DNA of 64,000 nucleotides from Ignavibacterium sp. (lineage in GTDB: Bacteria; Bacteroidota; Ignavibacteria; UBA10030). The stretch spans positions 1,211 through 65,210 of the forward strand of contig JABRVW010000009.1 of the NCBI GenBank assembly GCA_039961715.1. The letters are read 5' to 3'. Below the pieces are notes generated by a model. The model saw nothing but the letters and a program-made list of their open reading frames with translations. It was not told the origin of the DNA and made no database searches. The translations under genes and the position numbers were made by a program. Of the stretch, positions 1 to 6,604 are shown piece after piece. Within the stretch, counting starts at the first letter, position 1, and each line of letters starts with the position of its first letter.

Positions 1-8
1 ACCATGCC

Positions 9-2189
9 TTGAACAAATCCGAAGTCCGAAATCCGAAAATCGAAACAAGCACAACACACGAAGTGCGAAGCTCCAGAATTTCGAGTTTAGGATTTCGCAA
101 TTCCGATTTGTTCCGAGTTTCGTGTTTCGCATTATTTCGGATTTTCAATCAAACAACGAAACTGGCAATCCTTATCCCCATCCTCCCGATTTTCTTCTTC
201 TCATCCTGCAGTCAACCCATGGAACGACAATACTCGCTTGAGCGTGTAGGACCTGCGCGCGTTGTTCAGCTCTATGCCGACGGATTCGAGCAGCTCCCGC
301 TCAATCAGAAGATTTTTGCATACTACCTTTCCCGTGCGGCCATGGCTGCGAGGGACATCGCCATCGATCAGCATCATCGCTACGCGCTCGAAATTCGCGA
401 CATTCTGGAAGGCGTCATCACCCACCGCGAGGGAGTTGCGGACAGCGTGTATCGTCAGATCCTTGAATACACAAAGCTGTTCTGGATCAACAACGGCCCT
501 TACGACAACATAACATCACGGAAGTTTGTCGTTGGCTGTTCACCTGAAGAATTTCGTGCAGCAGCGCTCAAGGCCATTGAGAATGGCGCCGACATCGGAA
601 CCACAGCGTCGACGCTTGACGGGGCGCTCAAGCGGCTCAATCCCTTCCTGTTCGATCCGTCGGTCGAACCGATGATGACCAACAAAACGCCCGGTGAAGA
701 CTGGATCAGGGGAAGCGGCGTGAATTTCTACGCTCCGGATCTGACACAACGGGAAGTCGAACAGTTCATCCGCTCCGGACGGCAGAAGAACGATCTGAAT
801 TCCAAGCTGGTCAAGGAGCGGGGGCGGATCGTGGAAAAGGTGTATCGCGCGGGCGGCAACGGTGTGGAACCCGGGCTCTATGCGGAGGATCTCGAAGCAA
901 CGATATTCTATCTGGAGAAGGCGATCCCGTATGCATCCGGCCCGGCCCAGCAGGAGACGCTCCGGCGGCTGATCAGATATTTCCGAACGGGCGATTTGCG
1001 CGATTTCCGTGAGTACAACATTCAGTGGGTGGGCGACACGTCAACGGTGGACATGATTCACGGATTCATCGAGGTGTATCTGGACCCGATGGGCCTGAAA
1101 GCCGAATTCGAGTCGTCCGTGTACTGGTCGGACCAACAACTCTCGAAGAGCATTCGCGACATCGGCGCCGAGGCGCAGTATTTTGAAGATCGCATGCCGT
1201 GGGACAACAAATACAAGAAACAAGGCATCAAGCCCCTGGCGGCAAGCTTCGTCAATATCATGTTCTCGTCCGGAGGCACGGGTCCGGTGAGCCCCATCGG
1301 CATCAATCTTCCGAACGAACAGCTCGTCCGCGAACAATACGGAAGCAAGAGCGTGGTGCTGAATAACATTGTCGACGCGGCGAACAAATCTGCAGGTGAG
1401 GTCTTGCTGAACGAGTTTGCGTACGATCAGGCCGAGATCGAACTGCAGAAGAAGTACGGTACGCTTGCGGACAACATGCACACGGCCCTTCACGAAGTCC
1501 TGGGCCATGCCTCAGGCAAGACCATGGTGGCCGGCGACCCGGCAACCTATCTTCCGGGGTACTATTCCACCCTCGAAGAGGGCCGGGCGGATCTGATCGC
1601 GCTGTGGCACATCTGGGACGACAAACTGATTGAGCTGGGCGCCATTCCGGACCAGGATGTGGCGCGGCAGATGTATAATGCCTACATACGAAACGCGCTC
1701 CTCCTTCAGCTCCGCCGCATCCCCCACGGCGATCAGATCGAGGAAGACCACATGAAGAACCGGCAAATGATCGCAAACTACATCCTGAAGAACTCTGATG
1801 CCCTCAGGGTGGAAGAAAGGGATGGAAAAACCTACGTGCGGGTGGCGAAGTACGACACGATGAGGGAGGTGGTAGGGAAGCTTCTGGCGGAGGTCATGCG
1901 GATCAAGGCCGAAGGTGACCTGCCGGCGGCAAGGAACCTCATCGATACGTACGGATTGAAGATTGACACCGGGCTTCGGGATCAGGTCATAGAGCGGATC
2001 AGGCATCTTGACGTTGCGTCGTACAATGCTTACGTTATGCCTGAATACGAGGCCATGACCGATGCGTCGGGGAACATCACGGATGTGCGAGTCACGTACC
2101 CGATGGACCTCACGACACAGATGCTCAGATTCTCAGCCTTTACAAGAGAAGCAAAGCAGAAGGTTCGTTCAGCACTCGCAGCCCGTTAG
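9..2189 (+). CDS. Peptidase family M49 (dipeptidyl-peptidase III-like) zinc metallopeptidase
   Basis: HEVLGH (HExxGH) and EEGRAD (EExRAE/D) motifs typical of M49 DPP III, at a bacterial DPP III length. The start is uncertain. The ORF is open to the window edge and its first ~45 codons run through a heptamer-repeat palindrome. A lipoprotein-like segment (KLAILIPILPIFFFSSC) precedes the first internal ATG at 219. Confidence 0.8.
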   Translation: MNKSEVRNPKIETSTTHEVRSSRISSLGFRNSDLFRVSCFALFRIFNQTTKLAILIPILPIFFFSSCSQPMERQYSLERVGPARVVQLYADGFEQLPLNQKIFAYYLSRAAMAARDIAIDQHHRYALEIRDILEGVITHREGVADSVYRQILEYTKLFWINNGPYDNITSRKFVVGCSPEEFRAAALKAIENGADIGTTASTLDGALKRLNPFLFDPSVEPMMTNKTPGEDWIRGSGVNFYAPDLTQREVEQFIRSGRQKNDLNSKLVKERGRIVEKVYRAGGNGVEPGLYAEDLEATIFYLEKAIPYASGPAQQETLRRLIRYFRTGDLRDFREYNIQWVGDTSTVDMIHGFIEVYLDPMGLKAEFESSVYWSDQQLSKSIRDIGAEAQYFEDRMPWDNKYKKQGIKPLAASFVNIMFSSGGTGPVSPIGINLPNEQLVREQYGSKSVVLNNIVDAANKSAGEVLLNEFAYDQAEIELQKKYGTLADNMHTALHEVLGHASGKTMVAGDPATYLPGYYSTLEEGRADLIALWHIWDDKLIELGAIPDQDVARQMYNAYIRNALLLQLRRIPHGDQIEEDHMKNRQMIANYILKNSDALRVEERDGKTYVRVAKYDTMREVVGKLLAEVMRIKAEGDLPAARNLIDTYGLKIDTGLRDQVIERIRHLDVASYNAYVMPEYEAMTDASGNITDVRVTYPMDLTTQMLRFSAFTREAKQKVRSALAAR
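15..144. repeat. Imperfect ~130-bp palindrome built from degenerate CGAAAT/ATTTCG heptamers
   Basis: The left half is rich in TCCGAAA/TCGAAAC units and the right half in GATTTCG/GTTTCG units. The termini AAATCCGAA (15-23) and TTCGGATTT (136-144) are exact reverse complements. It shares a 20-mer with the element at 61141-61250. Confidence 0.7.
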
Positions 2190-2190
2190 C

Positions 2191-2235
2191 GTCTCGCTTG
2201 TTCGTGTCTCGTTTCCTTTTCCTTTTTCCTTTTTA
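2191..2235. repeat. T/C-rich tract with 7-nt period between the M49 peptidase gene and thyA
   Basis: GTCTCGC TTGTTCG TGTCTCG TTTCCTT TTCCTTT TTCCTTT fills the spacer ahead of the thyA ATG at 2246. Confidence 0.5.
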
Positions 2236-2245
2236 AAAGGCTCTC

Positions 2246-3058
2246 ATGCGCGAATATCTCGATCTCGTCCAACGGGTGCTCGACAAGGGAACCCTCAAAC
2301 ACAACCGTACGGGAGTCGATACGATCTCGGTCTTTTCCGAACATTACAAGATCGACCTCAGCGAGGGCTTCCCCCTCCTCACGACCAAGAAAATGAACTT
2401 TAAGGCGATTTTGCATGAAGTGCTGTGGTACCTGTCGGGCGAGGATCATATCCGCAATCTGCGCAAGCATACGAAGATCTGGGATGCGTGGGCGGATGAG
2501 AACGGCAACCTCGAAACGGCCTACGGACGCTACTGGCGGAGATTTCCGAGTGCGCAGATCAACAAGGAAACAGGGCGGTATGAAGTGAAGGAGATCGACC
2601 AGGTCGCCGAGGTATTGCGGATCCTGCGTACGAACCCGAATTCCCGCCGAATGGTGATTTCCGCATGGGAGCCCGGGAACGCACTCTGGAGCAAGCTTCC
2701 GCCCTGTCATTTCACGTTTGTCTTCAATGTTCAGGGCAACAAGCTGAACTGTCATTTGACCCAGCGGTCGGGGGACATTGCGATCGGCATTCCGTTCAAC
2801 GTCGCGGCCTATTCTCTGCTGACCCAGGCCATTGCGCAGGAAGTCGGTCTCGAACTCGGCTTCTTCAGCCACACGATCGTCGATGCTCACATCTACGTCA
2901 ATCATGTCGGGGGCCTGCGCGAACAGCTCAAGCGCCGTCCGAAAGCTCTGCCGAAGCTCGAGATTGCGCGCAAGCCGCTTGATGAGCTGAGGTTCGAGGA
3001 TTTCCAACTGATCGGCTATCAGTGCGACGAGCCGATCAAGTTTGAAGTGGCCGTGTGA
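2246..3058 (+). CDS. thyA: Thymidylate synthase
   Basis: Full-length ThyA-like sequence: MREYLDLVQRVL..., RTGVDT, PPCH active-site cysteine context, DIAIGIPFNVAAYSLL. Confidence 0.97.
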   Translation: MREYLDLVQRVLDKGTLKHNRTGVDTISVFSEHYKIDLSEGFPLLTTKKMNFKAILHEVLWYLSGEDHIRNLRKHTKIWDAWADENGNLETAYGRYWRRFPSAQINKETGRYEVKEIDQVAEVLRILRTNPNSRRMVISAWEPGNALWSKLPPCHFTFVFNVQGNKLNCHLTQRSGDIAIGIPFNVAAYSLLTQAIAQEVGLELGFFSHTIVDAHIYVNHVGGLREQLKRRPKALPKLEIARKPLDELRFEDFQLIGYQCDEPIKFEVAV

Positions 3059-3522
3059 AGCTCATCATCATCGCCGCACTGAACCGCAAGCGGGTGATCG
3101 GGAAGGATGGCCGGGTTCCCTGGCACATTCCCGAGGACTTGAAGCGCCTGAAGCGACTCACCACGGGTCATACCCTCTTGATGGGTCGCCGCACGTACGA
3201 ATCCCTGCAGACTCCGCTTCCGAACCGCCGGCACGTTGTGCTCACCTCACGCGAACTCCCAGGTGTCGAAACCTATCGGACGATTCCCGAGGCGCTTGAA
3301 GCGCTCCGTGACCAGGAGAAGGTGTTCATTTTTGGGGGTGGAGAGATCTTCTCAGCCATGCTCGAGATGGCCGACGAGTGGTATCTGACCCACGTGGACA
3401 ACGATGTGGACGGTGATGCGTTTTTTCCCCCGTATGAGCATCTGGTGGGAAAGAAATATGTGGTGTCAGGTGAGGAGGTGAGGGATGGGTATAAGTTTGT
3501 GGATTACAGGAAAGTTGGTTAG
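3055..3522 (+). CDS. folA: Dihydrofolate reductase
   Basis: MKLIIIAALNRKRVIGKDGRVPWHIPEDLKRLKRLT..GRRTYESL is DHFR-like. The GTG start overlaps the thyA TGA stop (GTGA), the classic thyA-folA pairing. Confidence 0.93.
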   Translation: MKLIIIAALNRKRVIGKDGRVPWHIPEDLKRLKRLTTGHTLLMGRRTYESLQTPLPNRRHVVLTSRELPGVETYRTIPEALEALRDQEKVFIFGGGEIFSAMLEMADEWYLTHVDNDVDGDAFFPPYEHLVGKKYVVSGEEVRDGYKFVDYRKVG

Positions 3523-3528
3523 CGGTGT

Positions 3529-3580
3529 CCCACCTTTCCAAGGTATCCAAGTTTTAACATATGTACCTTGGAAAGGTGGG
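3529..3580. terminator. Perfect 17-bp inverted repeat (stem-loop) between convergent genes
   Basis: CCCACCTTTCCAAGGTA (3529-3545), an 18-nt loop, then TACCTTGGAAAGGTGGG (3564-3580). It lies between the folA stop and the stop of the minus-strand ORF 3613-3876. There is no U-tract on either side. Confidence 0.5.
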
Positions 3581-3612
3581 CCCGGCAACCACGCGTTCCG
3601 GCTTCCTTCCCC

Positions 3613-3876
3613 CTATTTCAAAACCCCCTTCTCTTTCAGTCTCCCCCTGATCAGGGCCACCACTTCGGTCTGTTCCTGAAGCGTACGCGAACCCGCCGCC
3701 CGGACCGCGTCTTCCAGCGTCCCTTTCCGATCCTTCAACCATGCCCATACATTATACCCAAGCCTGTTTCGGTCATTGGGTTCGCGCGTTTCAATATCGG
3801 CGACGACGGAATAGGCCAGTTTTTCAAGGGTATCAGGTGAAAACTCTTCGACTGCCGGGGGCGGTTTGGTTGCCAT
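3613..3876 (-). CDS. Hypothetical small protein (87 aa)
   Basis: This is the only ORF in the gap with balanced, protein-like composition. No recognisable family, and no obvious SD or promoter. Confidence 0.4.
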   Translation of the reverse strand: MATKPPPAVEEFSPDTLEKLAYSVVADIETREPNDRNRLGYNVWAWLKDRKGTLEDAVRAAGSRTLQEQTEVVALIRGRLKEKGVLK

Positions 3877-3972
3877 TGGGTCCCTTGGTGGTGTGAATGA
3901 TAAAAAGTGTCGATAAAATCGGTAGAAATCAAGCGTGGCATGATCAGAAACCCGACGGAGCAGGGTCGTCAG

Positions 3973-4010
3973 ACGCGAGACGCTAGTGTCAATATTGCGT
4001 CTTGCGTTTT
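3973..4010. terminator. Imperfect hairpin abutting the stop of the PP2C phosphatase gene
   Basis: ACGCGAGACGC (3973-3983), a 13-nt loop, then GCGTCTTGCGT (3997-4007), with 10/11 pairs, followed by TTTT on the plus strand. The orientation of termination is ambiguous. Confidence 0.25.
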
Positions 4011-6531
4011 ACCTCTTGTCCTCCTTCACCTTCACCACCACCATCGTCAGGTCATCGTGGCGTTCCGCCCGGCCCACGAACTCCTCCACGGCCGTGGTCA
4101 GGGCACGCTGAATTTCTCCTGAGGTCATCGAACGTTTCGATTCGATCAGCGAGAGTACGGCTTCCTCGCCGAGCTGAGCCTGATTCTCGTTCATGGCCTC
4201 CGTCAGCCCGTCTGTATAAAAGAAGAACAATCCGCCCGGCTCGAGGGGCTTCCGCACCTCCTTGAGGGTGCTTTCGAAGACCGGCCCCCTCTCCAATCCC
4301 AATCCGATCCCTTCTGCTTCGAGCATCTCCAGGCGTCCGTTGGTGCCGATCAGCGCCTTGTTGTGGCCGGCGCGGCAGATCGTGACCTCCTTGCGGCCCA
4401 CGTCGAACAGGGCGATGATCATCGTGATGAAGGATTTGCGCTCAATCCCGTCGTAGATCCGTCGGTTCACGTGGGTCAGCATCTCACGGGGCGATTGGTA
4501 CATGTGCGCGGCCAGCTGTACCATGCCCTGGATCTTGGACATATAGAGCGCGGCAGACATACCCTTCCCCGAGACGTCGGCCACCACGACCAGCACGCGT
4601 TGGTCATCGAGCTGAATGAAATCGAAATAATCGCCGCCGACGATCTCGGCGGGAATGGCCACGCCGGAGATATCGAGGCCGGGAATGTCGGGATTCTCCT
4701 TGGGCAAAAGTCCCTGCTGGATCTGTCTTGCGAGCGAGAGCTCCTCCCGGATCCTCTGGCGTTCGATCTCCGCCTTGTGCAGGCGCGCGTTCTCAATGGC
4801 GATCGCGGCCTGGCCGCCGACCGTCGAAAGAAGATCAATGTCCTCCTGCGAGTATGCCTTGCCTGAGAGCTTCGGTCCCACCAGAATCGTTCCCACCAGC
4901 CTGTCCTGCAGAAACATCGGCACGCTCACCACGGCTCCCGACCGGATGATCTTCTGACGATCCTCCCGATGAAGCTTGTACGATTCAGGCTCGTCGGCCA
5001 ACAAGCCGAAATTCTGTGCGCGCCTCGTCTCCCGCAACAGATCCAGAAACCCGTCGTTTTCATCGCCAAAGACACAGCACTCGGCCGGGATGTTCTTTCC
5101 GACGCTGTAACAACCCTCCGTTTCATCGCACAACACGACGGCCACCTTCTCAACGTGCATGGTTGAGGAAATCCTGTTCACCATCGAATGCAGGATCTGA
5201 TCGAGGTTCATCTGCCTCGGCAATTCCTGGCTGAACTCGAGAAGGGCTCTCTGATAGTTCATCCGCTCCCGGTAAAAGACCCGGTCGATCATCTCCTGCA
5301 CGCGCCTCTTGATCGGATCAAACGCGAAGGCGATGATGAGAAACGCTGTAATGTTCAGAATCTCATTCTCTTCCTCGCCAATCAGCGCTCCCAGAAGACT
5401 GCCCACGCCGAATACCGTGCCGATATAGATCGCGGCCAGCATTGCAGTCACCGCTCCATAGAGGAGGCTCCGCTTCACGATCAGATCGATGTCCATCAGG
5501 CGATAGCGGAAGATGGAGTACCCGAACGCCGCCGGGACCGCCGCAAGGAGCAGGCCCGGGGCCAGAAGAAGGGGCTGGGTGAACACCGCAAACTGGTTGA
5601 CCGTCTGCAAAACGACCACGTAGGCATACGCAACCACGCCTATGACAATTGCCGCCAGGATCGGACGGAGCTGACGCCGCTTCGGCCGGTCAACAGACGT
5701 GACATAGGTGATGCAGAAGATCACGAGTCCCGCGAAGAAGAAATAGAATGGTGAAGAAACAACCATTTGGGCGAGCCAGGGCGGGAGATCGGGTACCATA
5801 TTCAAGAAGATTGGAACAACCGTTCCAATGCTCAGAAGAACAAGGAGGATCCTGAACCACCAACGATCGGCAAGACGGCTCCGAACAGGAAACGCCAGGA
5901 AGAAATAGACAAACAGAGGCTGGGCGAAAAGACGTCCCGTGAAGAACGCGGCGACAAACACGATCATCTTCCATTGCGGGTCGACGCCGGGGGCGAGATT
6001 CAACGAACTGAATCCAAACACCAGGAGGGCGCCGATGCTGTACCACGCGAAGAGCCTTTGAATCTTTCCCTGCGGCCTTGTCAACACCACAACGGTTCCC
6101 ACCAGGAGAAATCCGAGGCCGATGAGGCAATAGGCGAGATACGTCACATTGACCATCTTGAGGATTTCAACCTTGGTCTCAAACGTCACACCGTCGCGTT
6201 CGACGAGATACGTGGCATACTCTCCTGCCGCCATCGGATTGATGATGTTCATCGCCTGCCCGGGGGTCCGGAATTCCTGACCGTTGATCCTGAGCAGAAT
6301 GTCTCCATCCTTGATCCCGGCACGGTCTGTCACTCCGCCCGCGACTACGTCCGTTATGATCGCCCCCGGCAACCCGTCGGGCCTTGGCAACCATCCACAC
6401 TGGTCGTTGCTGACCGCCTTGAAGAACATGACATCCATGAAGTTCAGGGTCGTCACGCCGAGGGTCACGAAGGCAAGAACCAGAAAAACGGCCCGGGTCA
6501 GGCGGGGAGATTGGTCAAGAGGATTCTTCAT
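4009..6531 (-). CDS. Membrane-bound PDZ / polytopic TM / GAF / PP2C (SpoIIE-type) serine phosphatase
   Basis: N-terminal TM helix, then a PDZ-like segment (GGVTDRAGIKDGDILLRINGQ) and about 10 hydrophobic helices. A GAF-like region follows. The C-terminal SpoIIE/PP2C motifs are GGDYFDF, VADVSGKG and YTDGLTEA. Confidence 0.85.
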   Translation of the reverse strand: MKNPLDQSPRLTRAVFLVLAFVTLGVTTLNFMDVMFFKAVSNDQCGWLPRPDGLPGAIITDVVAGGVTDRAGIKDGDILLRINGQEFRTPGQAMNIINPMAAGEYATYLVERDGVTFETKVEILKMVNVTYLAYCLIGLGFLLVGTVVVLTRPQGKIQRLFAWYSIGALLVFGFSSLNLAPGVDPQWKMIVFVAAFFTGRLFAQPLFVYFFLAFPVRSRLADRWWFRILLVLLSIGTVVPIFLNMVPDLPPWLAQMVVSSPFYFFFAGLVIFCITYVTSVDRPKRRQLRPILAAIVIGVVAYAYVVVLQTVNQFAVFTQPLLLAPGLLLAAVPAAFGYSIFRYRLMDIDLIVKRSLLYGAVTAMLAAIYIGTVFGVGSLLGALIGEEENEILNITAFLIIAFAFDPIKRRVQEMIDRVFYRERMNYQRALLEFSQELPRQMNLDQILHSMVNRISSTMHVEKVAVVLCDETEGCYSVGKNIPAECCVFGDENDGFLDLLRETRRAQNFGLLADEPESYKLHREDRQKIIRSGAVVSVPMFLQDRLVGTILVGPKLSGKAYSQEDIDLLSTVGGQAAIAIENARLHKAEIERQRIREELSLARQIQQGLLPKENPDIPGLDISGVAIPAEIVGGDYFDFIQLDDQRVLVVVADVSGKGMSAALYMSKIQGMVQLAAHMYQSPREMLTHVNRRIYDGIERKSFITMIIALFDVGRKEVTICRAGHNKALIGTNGRLEMLEAEGIGLGLERGPVFESTLKEVRKPLEPGGLFFFYTDGLTEAMNENQAQLGEEAVLSLIESKRSMTSGEIQRALTTAVEEFVGRAERHDDLTMVVVKVKEDKR

Positions 6532-6540
6532 GGCTCGCGG

Positions 6541-6568
6541 ATCATATCGTTTCTCTACCTACGTTCAA
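6541..6568 (-). promoter_or_regulatory. Putative sigma70-type promoter of the PP2C phosphatase gene
   Basis: The minus strand reads TTGAAC, 16 nt, TATGAT. The -10 box ends 9 nt upstream of the ATG at 6531, which implies a near-leaderless transcript. Confidence 0.35.
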
Positions 6569-6604
6569 ATCACGGAAACGTTGCACACGGTATCCTTGCA
6601 GGAG

